The notes under the pieces are model-generated. The model was not told the origin of the DNA. It saw only the letters and a program-made list of their open reading frames with translations, and did no database searches. DNA of 63,809 nt, counting the filler, from Guillardia theta CCMP2712 (Eukaryota; Protista; Cryptophyta), in the NCBI RefSeq assembly GCF_000315625.1. It is 5 parts of 5 records of this genome, joined end to end, with 100 filler letters (N's around TTAATTAATTAA, not from the genome) between each part and the next. Parts side by side here need not be neighbours in the genome. Positions count along the whole stretch, not along the records: positions 26,411 to 47,839 come from NW_005434563.1; positions 47,940 to 60,557 come from NW_005434423.1; 3 more parts are not named here. One strand, written 5' to 3'. Within the stretch, counting starts at the first letter, position 1, and every line of letters starts with the position of its first letter. Below, in pieces: positions 41,751 to 54,900 of this stretch. The position numbers and the translations under genes are program-made.

Positions 41751-42954
41751 TCTGTCCTAGGGCTACTCCTAGCAGCTTCTAGGCGAGTACCACCATCCTA
41801 TTTCCATTCTGATAGTGGGTCTTAGTACAGACTATCCCCAGGTAGGGCCACAAATTGTAGATATGGTGGACCCTACCCCCTGTTGAAAATGCATTATATA
41901 AGGAAACACCCCTGGATTGCTCGCTGTATGTCCGCTAGGCTCCGATATAGGGCTCGGCTCCTCCATTGCAACAGATAACCAAATATTGACTAATTAGTGG
42001 GTAAATGCTGTTATCTAATATACAGTCAGATCAAATATAATCGTTTTGTGGCTAATTTAACTATTGGAGTGTTATTTTTAGTTGAGGCCGTACGAGTTTC
42101 GATTCTTTGCGGACCCCCACCCTAAATACAACTGGATCCACCCCTACCCCTAGTCAAGACCATAAAGTACCCTCCTCCCAGGAGCGGTGCCCTACTAGTC
42201 TCCCTTTTTACTGAATGTACCCCTCTCTTGGACCGGCTGCACCCCACTACCCCATCGAAAGAATTGTCTACCCCTACCCCCCTTTGTCGTTGCCATTTAC
42301 CTTTCACCCCCCTTGCTTCCGTCCCTCCTTTGTCTTGCCGCAACCCTGGCACTGTCCTCGTAACAAGCAACCCCCTACTGTTCCCTCCCCGCCTGCCTTG
42401 CTGCATTCGCATGCTCGTGCTCTTTCCCACTCTCTCTCTCCCCCTCCCAGACTCTTTCACCCCCCTCCCTCCTCGTCTCTTGCTCCTTGTGTGTCCACGA
42501 CTCCCCTCCAGTCTTCAGCTGCCTCCTTGCTCGTATTCCCTTAAATGCAAATGGCTGCCTCGCCCTTGGATCTTTTTCATCAGTGTATTTGTTCTGAAAT
42601 TTAACCCCTGACTGTCATCATTATACAACCCATCCCAACCCATCCCAACCCATTTCGTCCTATCCTGTCTGACCCAAACTCGTCACGTCCTGTGCCAAGT
42701 CATTTCACCCCCTCCCATTTCAACCCGTCCAATCTTGCCACGTGGTCTTGTTCCTAGGTCCCAAGACTCACATCCTTTTTTCCATGACAGAAATTTATTT
42801 CTCGGGACCTCCACTGGCATGGCAGTTTCTGCTCAAGGTAATGGTTGAATAACGAAAGATCATCTAAGTATAACGCGGGGTGAAATGAGAGCTGTTACAA
42901 GACCTTTCCTCTTGATCTTTCCAGCATCTTCTGAATTTCTACATCTTGGCAGGA

Positions 42955-45659
42955 GCTGCGATGGAAGCAAAACCTCTTAAATCATACAGAATGCAATCTC
43001 GGTGCATATTTAGGAAGCATCTAACTACCTTAATGGCAACTGCTTGTTCCTTTGGATTTGTTTCCTTCGCGTCGGCCAACACGTTGAAGTAGAGCGTTCA
43101 TCTTTCTTAACAGGCCATTTGCTGAGCATCTTCACAGGCTTGAACGACGGCCGAAGATGTTTTCAGCATCTTCCAACTTCCGCAACTCGTTTGGAAACGC
43201 TGGGATGCAAGATGAGACGAAAGATTCGAGCCAAGCAGTGAGGAAATGCGAACGTGTCTACATACGTTGACATGTTGAAGATGCCGCGCGAACCCGCCGA
43301 GCACATCTTGAAGAATGTAACATCTTGTATGGCACGTTGACGTTGTGTGACCAACATGTCGACTTAACAGAAAACTTCACTCGAACACATCGACAATCTC
43401 GTAACAGCTCTCTTGAAGCTCGAAATGAGTGTGATAGTATTCAGGACCTGCAAGTGGAGCTGAACATCTCCCTTTCCGGTTCCAGAGCGCAAAGTCTTGA
43501 CGACATCATGAAGAAACAGGTAGCAGAGGGAGTTTGCGCAGGCCACTCTGACGTGAAAGGGTTTGAAAGACTCAGGCGTACTTCTTGAGGTCCGATGAAG
43601 AAAACATCGCAACCTCCACAACTAAGACTGCTTCAACCCATCGCTCTCATTTCTCCTCTATTCCTACGCGATTTGAATTTGAAAACAAGGATGTTGACTC
43701 TCTGTGGAAGTACAAGAATGAGCAAGCAGAGGTGCAGAAGCAATCCAAGACCGTAATGGAGACCAAGAAGCTCGCCGCTGTCAAGAACCTTGATCTGCAG
43801 CTTCACAAAATGATGAACTCACGTGGTAAGGTCATGATGAGTGGCATGCGAGCTTAATGGTTTGTCCCTTGGGGCGGTGCTGTGCCAGCATGAACAAGAC
43901 GGTCATCCACTGATATCACTCACATGTATCTTGTAGATCAATTGCTTTCAGATGCTGCAATTGCCAAGGAAGGCACATCTTCCTCTGCAGACGAGAATAA
44001 TTCTCAGCTCGAGCAATCTCTGGTCTTGAAAGAGCAGTTGAAAGCTGCGCTTGAAAGGTCTGGTCTTGATCATGTCCTAGCACCTCCTGAATGGTGGCAT
44101 GCGATGTAGAGTGGAGAAAGCAGAGAAGGAGATTCAGCTGCTGCGGTCGGCGATTGGCATGTGATTGCAGCTGCACGAGACTTTCATAGGGGTGACAGAA
44201 ACGGTGCAGGAGGTCGTGGGTTAAAGAGCCTTCGGAGCAGCCATCCCATCGAGATCAAACTGTAAGTTTTGTTGTCTTGAATCATTAACGGGGCATGCTG
44301 CAATGAAGCTATGCAGTGCGATGAAAATCTGAACCTTGCTTGCATGCTATGAAATTGATGGCAAATGCGTTGCAAAACTTCGGTATTTCTGTTTACATGG
44401 CATGCTTCTTATGAGATCACATATACGAGAAGGTGCGCTAGGGACCTGCTGAAATGACCCGTTTGACCAGGTGATGGCCAACGGAGGCGATAGACGGATC
44501 TCTTCCATGCAGGAGAGCGCAATGACGTACCTGGAGACAAGACTGAGGACATTGTGGAGGACTGCGAACGACAAGCAGAAGGATGCAACCAGCTTGCTGC
44601 AAGCGCAGGGCCCCTCGAGGAAGGAGCTCGTGAACAGCATCATCAGCTTGCAGAAGCGATTCAACAAGTTCAGGTTGCTCCTTGTTTGTCCCTCTCCTCC
44701 GCCCACCTCATCTTCTGCGTCGCTCATGTCTTGCATTGCTCTCACACTCTTCCGTCCTTCCCCCCAGACCCTGAATCGTTGCTGAGCAGGGACACCACGT
44801 CGAACATTCAGGATCCCGAGGCGTCTGAGCAGCAGATCACCAAGGCTCTGAGTGACATGGCCCACCGCCAACATGGGAGGAGGGAGGAAGAGGCGTTTCA
44901 ATCAGGCAGGACGGTCAACGAACAGGAGGAGGCGACCAACGGATTCTTCAGTGGATGGCGGACGAGCTGGAGGTGGAAGAAATTCTTTGGTCACAGGAGG
45001 GAGGAGGCGAGTGGAGGATACAGAGGTGATCACTTCGAGGAGCGAGGGAGTGAAAGAGAATGTCCTGCTCCTCACGCCGATGAAGTTCAGGTTGATCATT
45101 CAAACTCGAGTGAGCAGTATCCTGACGAGTGTCTCTTTCTGCGGGCGTCTTGCCTTTGCGTTGTTCATTCGTTGCGAATCGTTTCTGTGCTTGTTGCCGC
45201 TCCTCGTGGCTCTCTTGTTTCTTTCCTCTCTCTCTCTTTGTCTCTTCCACCTCTCGAAATGCTGCAGTTCGTCCTCATAGAAGAACTTCAACGGTGCAGA
45301 GCGCAAGTCCAGGTGCGAATCTGGCTGATCTTACCACCCTCCAACATTCACAACCAACATCCCATCCACATCAACCGCATCCTTCACAATCTCTTGGCTC
45401 CTCTCCTTCCGCAGTGACCTCCCGCGTGAGCAGGAGGCGAACCTGTGGGCAAGCTTGCTGTCCCATCGTACGCATGTGCTGCATGCTGTTACGGCTGTTT
45501 GCGGCCTCTCACGCTCTTTCAGGGTAGCGTGCAGGACACATGGCAGCTGGGGTCCTGGCAAGGGACGTTTGTGCAAGACTCGGATACTGAGATCGATATG
45601 ACACTCAAGATCCTTGAGATGAAACAGGTTTCCTCCCCTCCTCCTCCTCCTCCTCCTCC

Positions 45660-45690
<31 letters not shown>

Positions 45691-47760
45691 TATCATCATC
45701 ACTCCTCCTCACTCCCTCTCGTCCTCCTCCTCCTCTGTGTAGTCTTGTTGACAACCTTTTTCTTCTCTCTCAATTCTTTGCCTGCACACTCCTTCATCCT
45801 CTTTCAACACCGGCAGTATTGCCGCTAGTCCTAGCATGCACTGAGGCATTGAAATCCTGTTCCTGCCATCACCTGTTTTATTTCATGCACGCTTTCTTGC
45901 TCTGTTTCCCATGTTGCTGCGGATCTCTCCCTCCTTCTCTGTGGTTTTATGCCATTCTCCCTGACAGCAAGCTGCTGTTGCAGGAGGATGGAGCGTGCAG
46001 GGGAGAAATCATGTGGTCTGATGGCCAGGGGGTGACAGAGTTCCGCGGACAAGTACGGGGAATGCAGATAGACATCGAGGTGAGACTATCATCTTGAATC
46101 CTCCTCCTCTTCCTCCTCTTCCTCCTCTTCCTCCTCTTCTTCCTCTTCCTCCTTTTTTTCTTCTCCTGAGCTGAGGAGACGGGGCTCCGTAGCCTGCGCG
46201 AGCTCAACTTTCTCCTAGGAGGTCAACGTTCTGCGAGACACGTCAGGTGGGCAATTCCTTCCTGGGACGAGGTACAGGATGATCAAAGAGGTAATTTTGT
46301 CAACTCTGCGCCTCTTCCTCCTTCCTCCTCATCTGTCACCTTCTCTGCTTGCCTTCTCGTAGCCAATTCCCTTCCTCGCTGCATCTTCGCATCAGCTGCA
46401 TGCTCTCCCTCCCATCATGTACACTCTTCGCCGTGTGCCCCGCACCCTCCCCGTCCTGCCTCCTCACTTGCCGTTACTAGGGCGAAGAGATGCGAGGGAC
46501 ATGGATCCATCCAGCCTTGGCTGTATGGGGGCTCCTCCACCTCCGAACCTCCTCCTCCTCCCCCAACGAAGACTCTCGATCCTCCGTTGAGAAACTCAAG
46601 AGCCTGCGCTACATTGTGGGGAGGACGGTACCACTGCTGGGAGAGGACGAGCACCTGGAGGGCAAAGAGGTCTCCTTCCTGAGCAGCCCCTTCGTGCTCG
46701 CGGGGGGAGGTGAGGAGGAGAGAAAGGCTCGTGCTGATCTGACATGCTGCCAAGACACGGACTTCTTCTGCACCGCGTGCTTCCTCTCCATGTGCAACGT
46801 TGCCCTGCTTGTGGTCATGGCCTTCATGTGTCAGAGGCGCAGCAGTACTCCTGCTCCAGCTCAGGAGGAGGAGGAAAAACAGGCTGATGGGGACGAGGAT
46901 GCGGTGGAGCTGCTCAAGAGTGCTTCTTCACTGGAGTCCTCTACTGGTAACATGCCTGAAAACCCCTCCACTACCTTCAAGAGAGTCTTGCGTGGGCACG
47001 AGATTCCGGTCGAGTCTTTCCAGGTCTCTTTCGCTCTTCCGTCCATTCAACCACTATGTCTTTGGCTTCGCTCTCTACCTCACTCCTCCTCCTCGACCTC
47101 CTCCTCCTCCTCCTCGACCTCCTCCTCCTTCTCCTCGACCTCCTCCTTCTCCTCGACCTCCTCCTTCTCCTCCTCCTCCTCCTCCTCCTTCTCCTCCTCT
47201 GATTCTTTTTCATCCTTCTATTACCACCCTCACTCCCGCTTCAACTCCGACTGCGATTGCCATACTTCTGCCCTCCATCTTCATCTTCGCTCTTTGTTCT
47301 TACTCTCACTTGTTGTTCAGGCCGTCGCGCGATCAGTCATGAAGAAGTCTCCCCTTGCTTCCTCCATCTCCTCCTCGTCCAAGGCCTCCAGCGATCGCTG
47401 GAGCACGTCAGCAGTCGATCGCTCCTCTACAGCTCAGGAGCAGCCGGACCCGGCATCCAGCGCCTTTGCCGAGTCAATGCAGGAGGAGGAGCAGGAGCAG
47501 AGGCCTTGTCATCAATCACTGACGGAGAGCATGGTGACCCTGCTGCTCCTGTTCCTGTACCTCCCTGCTCCTCCGTTCCTCTTCCACTTTCTGCTCCTGC
47601 CCTGACCATGATCGGCAGAGCGTCGAAGGCGGAGAAAGAAGCTGGCAGGAGGAAGACTTCGGCGTTGGATCGCAGGCTAACGGCAGGAGCGCTTGCTTCA
47701 GCTCTACCAGCAGCTGGTCAAGGATTCACGAGCTGGACCAGGGGTGGTGTGGTGAGTCCT
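42955..47760 (+). CDS. Uncharacterised multi-exon gene(s): coiled-coil region, beta-rich domain, one TM helix, Ser-rich tail
   Basis: Series of AG/GT-bounded exons; 45523-45627, 45984-46079, 46219-46290 and 46481 onward splice in frame. TM-like segment FCTACFLSMCNVALLVVMAFMC. May be two genes. Confidence 0.5.
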
Positions 47761-48762
47761 GTGTTTCTAAGCTGTTTCCTCCTCCACCACCACCTCCTCC
47801 TCCTTCTCCTTCTTCCCCTTCTTCCTCCTCTCCTCCTTTNNNNNNNNNNNNNNNNNNNNNNNNNNNNNNNNNNNNNNNNNNNNTTAATTAATTAANNNNN
47901 NNNNNNNNNNNNNNNNNNNNNNNNNNNNNNNNNNNNNNNATAGTTCATCGATCTTACACTTGCGATCTATTTGCAATCAAGTTGCCTACACGACTGACAT
48001 GCCTTATGCTTATGTGCTTGGTTGACACAGAGAGGAGGAAGTATGGGTCTTGTAGAATGCCAACCAAAACAACAATCAATTGCCTAATCAGAGAGATCCT
48101 TTACGAGAAACAATCTTGACACCAAACAACTCTACAGTCAGAGATGTGCTCGAAGCTCAATCATACGAAAGAGGGTTGTGGATGCTTGATCACCAAAAAC
48201 GAGCAAATTCTCCATCTTGCAATGAGCATCAAAAGGATTCGAAAACAGCCCTAGGCTCTAGAATCCATGGTGATGCTGATTCCTACAGCTTCCTTTGAAA
48301 AACAAGCTCGAGCTGTTTGAAACGTCGTCTTGCAGTATGCCGCAAAAAGTACAAACATTCACACATGATTCAACCTTGGATGGCCTGGTGCTTGAATACG
48401 ATGAAAGAGCCATTGGCTGAGAGCCATCTGGGATGCAAACAAACGCCGCCTGCGCCGGTGGGTGCGGATGCAGCAATGGGGGAAGGGTAGGGCAGGCGAT
48501 TTTGGTTGTATATGCACCCCCCAGGCGTGTAAAAGCGTGTAAGGTCAAAAATAGTTTTAATGTTTGAAACCTTGTTGTTTGGAGGAAGCAAGAATACTTG
48601 TAAACCTAAAACTGCTCGACACGGTCCCCGATTCAAACATACTTTCAACCATTATCGAAGTTTCTGGTACAAATTTTCAGTGCGCCGACCATTCAAAAAT
48701 CCTGGGCTGAGGTACCCCGCTCGAAAATGATCAAAAGCGAGCATTAGAAAATGCCATGGAAT

Positions 48763-49846
48763 GATCAGGCCCCCGGCCAATCTCCGGACACTTAGCCTCC
48801 TGGCGGGCCTCCAGGGGGTCTGAGGCGGGGCTGAAGGCTGCAGTCGGTCTACTGACGGGCCCGGCCGGCAGGATCCGTCGAGAAACAGGGGGGTCAAGGG
48901 AGGTTTTCTTCCCCCTGGGAGAAATGTCCTATGGGTTTTTGGATCTGCGATATAAAAAAGTCTTGTCTCGGTCACGTGATGTGTCACGTGACCGGTCAGG
49001 TGAGCCTGTCAGCCGGGTCACGGCCCCTGTCAGCCGGCTGACATGTCACGGGCCTGCTGACACGGTCCGCTGACCGGTCACGGCCGCCCGGAGAGATCAG
49101 GCCCCCGGCCAATCTCCGGACACTTAGCCTCCTGGCGGGTCTCAGGGGTCTGAGGCGGGGCTGAAGGCTGCAGTCGGTCTACTGACGGGCCCGGCCGGCA
49201 GGATCCGTCTAGAAACAGGGGGTCAAGGGGAGGTTTTCTCCCCCTGGGAGAAATGTCCTATGGGTTTTTGGATCTGCGATATAAAAAAGTCTTGTCTCGG
49301 TCACGTGATGTGTCACGTGACCGGTCAGGTGAGCCTGTCAGCCGGGTCACGGCCCCTGTCAGCCGGCTGACATGTCACGGGCCTGCTGACACGGTCCGCT
49401 GACCGGTCACGGCCGCCCGGAGAGATCAGGCCCCCGGCCAATCTCCGGACACTTAGCCTCCTGGCGGGCCTCCAGGGGGTCTGAGGCGGGGCTGAAGGCT
49501 GCAGTCGGTCTACTGACGGGCCCGGCCGGCAGGATCCGTCGAGAAACAGGGGGGTCAAGGGAGGTTTTCTTCCCCCTGGGAGAAATGTCCTATGGGTTTT
49601 TGGATCTGCGATATAAAAAAGTCGTGCACCAGCGAGCTTTGATGTGTCACGTGACCGGTCAGGTGAGCCTGTCAGCCGGGTCACGGCCCCTGTCAGCCGG
49701 CTGACATGTCACGGGCCTGCTGACACGGTCCGCTGACCGGTCACGGCCGCCCGGAGAGATCAGGCCCCCGGCCAATCTCCGGACACTTAGCCTCCTGGCG
49801 GGCCTCCAGGGGGTCTGAGGCGGGGCTGAAGGCTGCAGTCGGTCTA
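48763..49846. repeat. ~332-bp GC-rich satellite, left arm (3.3 units)
   Basis: GATCAGGCCCCCGG recurs at 48763, 49095, 49424 and 49758. Confidence 0.95.
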
Positions 49847-50770
49847 TGTTGAAGTTCCCAGTAACCTTCTCTCCACAGACGGTGACACAGTCACAGTAGC
49901 AGTGACACCCGAAGTAGACAGTGATAGCACCGACTGCAAGTTTCTGTAGCAGTGGTAATAGATATCACGAATGGTGGCCGCGCAGGAATGATATCAGGAT
50001 ACAGAGAACAAACGGAGGTGATAAGAGATTGGTATAGATGGTCAAGCTTGTTTACTTCAAGCAATCCAGTCTCACAGAGACTATACACCTCGTTCTCCTT
50101 TCCCTGTCCTGCCAATGCGTGCGGCCCTTCTTCCTCTTCCTCGGTCCCTAAAATAGGGGCTGCCCGGTCCTAGGAACTACCACTACCGGTACTCTACGCT
50201 TCTTATCTGCGATATGATTCTTCGACCGGTCCGAGGCCTGGTTCCGTACCTTGAGGGTCCCCTGAGAAAGAGTCATAGGCTTGACATGACGAGGTCTTCG
50301 ATTCTCATCCAATGCTCTCTGTGAAGTTGATGTAGCTGCTCCCTTGACCTTGACAGGTCCTGTGTCTCCGTAGGAGCATGCTTGGAGGTGGTCTCGTGCA
50401 TTCCTTGTATGTCCTCCGCTAAGATGATCATGATAGTACTGTCTTCTTTGATCAGACCCCTTGTTCTCCCATGTCCATGACTTCAGGGGTGATGCTTCCA
50501 ATCTCCCCTTGAGCGTAGCCATATCCTACCACCGTGTCATCTGCTGTCCTGTCGTGGATTGGTATAAGCTGACTCGCTTATCTCCTGCTGCCATCCACGA
50601 GTCCTAGGCTCTTGCTGTCTTCTTCATGATTCTCCTACGTCGTCCTTATTGTAGCTGTTGCTGTCCTCTCCAGGGACGCATTCCGAGGCTCTAAGCATCT
50701 GTGCACTTGAGCCACGTCGATTACTTGGCATTGTCTGAGGTGAAGCTTCCTCCTATCAGGTGCTTCAACA
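49847..50770 (-). repeat. 3' LTR
   Basis: TG..CA ends with an 8-bp terminal inverted repeat; apparently identical to 58162-59085. Confidence 0.97.
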
Positions 50771-50779
50771 CCCTCCCTT
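50771..50779 (-). other. Polypurine tract AAGGGAGGG
   Basis: Immediately precedes the 3' LTR on the minus strand. Confidence 0.9.
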
Positions 50780-51973
50780 GGCTCTTGTGTGCCGATGCCA
50801 GCATTGTTGCTTTGCCGCGCCTCCATTGACGGTGTCAGGCTTGTCAAATTTGACTATGCCTTTCAAATGACCTGCTGCGGTTGACTCTTCGCGCGTCGTC
50901 GCCGCAGTATCATCCCTCCCTTGCCTAGAGTAGGCGGGAGCTGTTGCTTGACAGCAAGGTGGACTCATGCTTGGTCTCTGGTCGTCTGCCTTGAAGCTGT
51001 ATGGTCTTGCTCATCAGACTTGATATTCCTCTTTCCATAAGCGATCAGCCTCTTGACTTGACTTTCGCAGTAGGGCTGTGCATGGTACTGAAAGGTTCTC
51101 CTCAGCGCCCATCAGCACTGATGTGCCTGGCGGCTTGGGACCTCCTTCATTTCTGCAGCATCATTTCATAACTTCGATCGAAGGTATGTCTTCATCGTCT
51201 GCTTCTTCGTCTTGCGAAGGCTTGGCGCTTCAAGCTGCCTTTCATTTCTTCAACTCTACTGTAGAGTTGGTTTGTGTCATCATATCGCCATCGTGAGATC
51301 GTGGCATGCAATGAGGCTTTGGGACGTCTCCCTTCCTCGGTCTTCACAACCTTCAAGCTTTCATCTGCCGTGCTCTGCTTGCCGCTTTCAATCATCGCGG
51401 TGCTTGACCAGTGGAATCATGAGGTAATTCCTCTCCTCACTGTTGGCCACGTACAGGCTTTGAGGTTGGATTGAAAACAGCTCTTGTCACTTTTGACATT
51501 CAGAGCAACTTTGATCAGGACTGATCCCTCCATCATCGAGATTTTCTCGCTGTCATGTCACCCCTCAGCTTCTTTGCCACACTCATCATCATGGTGGGAG
51601 AGCTGTATTGTGGCCTCGTCGTCATCTTGTGCGACTCCTGGCTCTGCTTGGGGGATCCCTGTGACTCGTCCATGTCACTTGACATAGGGATGATGCGAGG
51701 CTCGATGCTGATGTCATCATCAGATGTTCTCAGAGGTTCAGCCTGTCATGAAGTTCAGTATTCAGGTATGATAGTGAAAAGATATGATATTCCCTGATTT
51801 TGATTGTTCATTTCAGTAGTGAACCCTCCCTGACTGTCTCTGGTGTCGAACAGATGACCTCAGGCTGAAGTGGGTCCCCTGTGACTTCGCATCATCCATC
51901 TCCCTCCCTGACGAGGTACAGGGAGCTCGGCTAGCTTGACAAGGTCTTGCATGAAGCAGCGGCGTAATGAAGG

Positions 51974-54900
51974 TCAAACGGAGACCTGAGACATGTCGTT
52001 GCCGAACAAGAACGATGCTAGCTGACGAATTTTGGAGACTGGGCAGATCTTGGTGAGAATGTCCGCAGGGTTGTATGTAGTAGCAATCTTCACAGCGATG
52101 ATTTCGTTTTCATCCACCATCTGAAGAGTGAACCGATGTCGTATTGCAATATGCTTAAGCTTCGAAAATGCGCGACGGTCCCTCAGCAGATGGATGACCG
52201 CTGCATTATCAACGAGAATGATTGTTGGGTCACGCTGTACAAACCCCAGTTCAAGCAGGATGGATCGCAGCGTCCGTATCGCCTTCGCACAGTTGGAGCA
52301 ACTGTACAGCTCGGCTTCCGTACTCGATAAGCTGACGACCTTCTGCAATTTGCTGGAGAAGTTAACTGGACCGCCGTTAAAAGAAATCACAATCCCTCCT
52401 TGAGAACGACGTGTAATTGGATCTGTTCCCCAGGTGGAATCACTCGCAGCTATCAGAGTGTTGTGATAATGCTGTTGATTGAAGAATGTACCCGATTGGG
52501 AGAACGTTAAGCTCTGTTCACGAGTGTTATAAACGTATTGAGTCAGATGGATTACGGCCTTGACGTCGCTAACCCGAGGCCGTTTGGCAAATCGGCTCAG
52601 CAGGCTGACCGCAAAACATATATCTGGCCTGGTCGCGGCGGTGAGGTACAGAAGTGAACCTAGCAGAGCTTGGTACAGTCGAATTTGCTTCTCATTCAAC
52701 ACCAGATCATCCTCTAGGTGGTAGGAGGAGACATAATCGTGTGGTAAGACGCTTCGCACTGACTTTTGAGGTATTTCGAATCGCTCAACAATCTGATGGA
52801 TAAAATGTGTCTGGTTGAGCTCGACGGTGCCTTTAGCCAAGTCTTGTGTTATTTTGACTCCCAGGAATGTTCCAGTCGCCTGAGGGGACTCGGAAAATTC
52901 AAAATGGTCAGAGAGTTTGAGCAGAAATTCAGACAAGATTGCTTCTGACTGAGAAGCCAGCAAAATATCGTCAACGAAGATGGTCCCAATGATTCGATGA
53001 CCACTGGCATTCTCGTAGACAAAAAGTACCTCGTCGACGCCGACTAGACGACATCCCATCTTCTTCAGAGTCTTCGTGAAACATTTGAACCAACTCCGCG
53101 GGCTGGTTGACAGGCCATACAGGCTTTTCTTCAGACGAAGTAGTCTTCCCCTTGGTAAGGCGAGCTGTTCTGGAGGTAACATGTAAATTTCCTCGTCGAT
53201 ATCTGCATTCAAAAACGCGGTCGAAATATCTCGCATCGTCAACAACCAGGCGTTTCCAGCGGCAATTGCACAAATGAGCCTAACGTTCTGGAAATCTGAC
53301 GTTGGAGCATATACTGGACCATCAGTGGGAACTAGATTGCCCAGGATGACCAACCTCGCCTTAAATTTCGCAATCTCACCTTCAGTATTGTATTTCAAAG
53401 TATACACCCATTGGAATGGAGCGATCTTCGCCTTTCGGTTGCTGGGATAATCCACTTCTTCCCACACTCCCTTTTCCTTCATACTGTTGAGTTCTTTAAG
53501 CTCAGCTTGCAACCATTGGTGTCTTTCTGCGCTCAGCAACATTTGCTTTCTGGTCTTCGGAGCTTGGATTCTACCGGTAGTGTCGATCCTGCTGCTGGCC
53601 GAATTGTCTGCCGCACTTGTCTGCAATAATTGAACTGTATTTCCCTGAGCTTCTGAGACATCCATGAATTTACACATGTAGGCTGTCAGCATTTTGCTGT
53701 GAGACGCTTGCTCCGGCCCGACGTTCGTCTGGTTACTGTCGTCCTCGGCAGGCTGAGATATTCCCCTTGCACAGAAAGAATAGGCCGTTTCTGCCGTCCG
53801 GGATTGATTAAACATTCCTGTCAAGGTCGATTGGCTTCCTGACCGTCTAGAACGAATCATTGTGACCAGATTCACGCGTTCAGATGTCAGACGTAGTTTC
53901 GGGTCCGTTGTAGGAACAATAATCCAATCATTGTCTGAATCGTCATATTTGATTTTCAAGTAAAATGCCCCGTTTCTGAACACAATCTGCGTTATCGTCG
54001 CAGCCCTTGTTCCATATGTTACTTTGCGGTTGACATACTGCCGTTCCATTAAGGTCCGATCCGATCGAAAATCGCTTCTTGTACGTTTTCTGCCGACTTC
54101 GCCGTCCTCGCTTCCCAGCACAGATTCCCCAGTAGTTGTCGATAGCTTCTGATCTGCGGACTGTTCAGGTTGCCAGTCTGCATCGTGTCCATCGTCTTCA
54201 CTGGACTCTGCCATACTGCCATCCGAGGCTTCCGAGCTGGTTGCTCCATGATCATTCTGAGTTGAGCAATGTTCATCCACCTCGCGCAGTCCAACATACT
54301 CCTGTCCTGGGGGTAGATGCAGTCTACTGGTCCTTCTGAAATGAAAGAAGGTCTCATCAAATCTTGCTTGTCGCGTATGTATCACCTTGTTGGTAGCTGG
54401 ATTGAATACCAAGTACCCTGGTTGGTAACCCATGTGAGCCTCTGAATTTCCCAGGTTAACAGCAGTAATAGCAGGCATATCATTCTTCAATTTCTCCTCG
54501 TTGGCAACAAATACCGTACATCCGAATACCTTCAATTTATCATAGTCGAATTCTCGTCCCTGATAAAGTTGCCATGGAGAGAGGCCGTCCCGATTCGTCA
54601 GGTTGGGTAAACTGTTGAAGATCAGCGTTGCTTGTTGGACGGAGAAGTGCCAGAAGCGCTGCGGGACTTGTGCTTGGTACGAGATTGCTCGATGGATGGT
54701 AGTCACTGTTCGGATCGCCCTCTCTGCTCGACCGTTGGCAGCACTTGTGTAGTCCGGGGTAAAATTCCAGATAATCCCCTTCATCTTCACGAATGATTGC
54801 AACTGTAGGTTTGCGAACTCTGAGCCATTGTCGCTGACTACTGTTATGACTGCTGGTCGGCCTGAACGTTCTTCCTGCAAGATCAAACTCTGCATGACTT

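Noticed and set aside
42627-42653. (AACCCATCCC)n telomere-like repeat
   Set aside because: Fewer than three copies, internal, and not a canonical telomere unit.
48763-49846. Satellite as a CRISPR array or as repeated ORFs (..RLFYIADPKTHRTF..)
   Set aside because: No unique spacers and no cas genes; the ORFs arise from GC-rich repeat sequence and are broken by indels between units.
50148-50522. 124-aa and 74-aa ORFs duplicated in both LTRs
   Set aside because: No recognisable motifs; the duplication simply reflects LTR identity.
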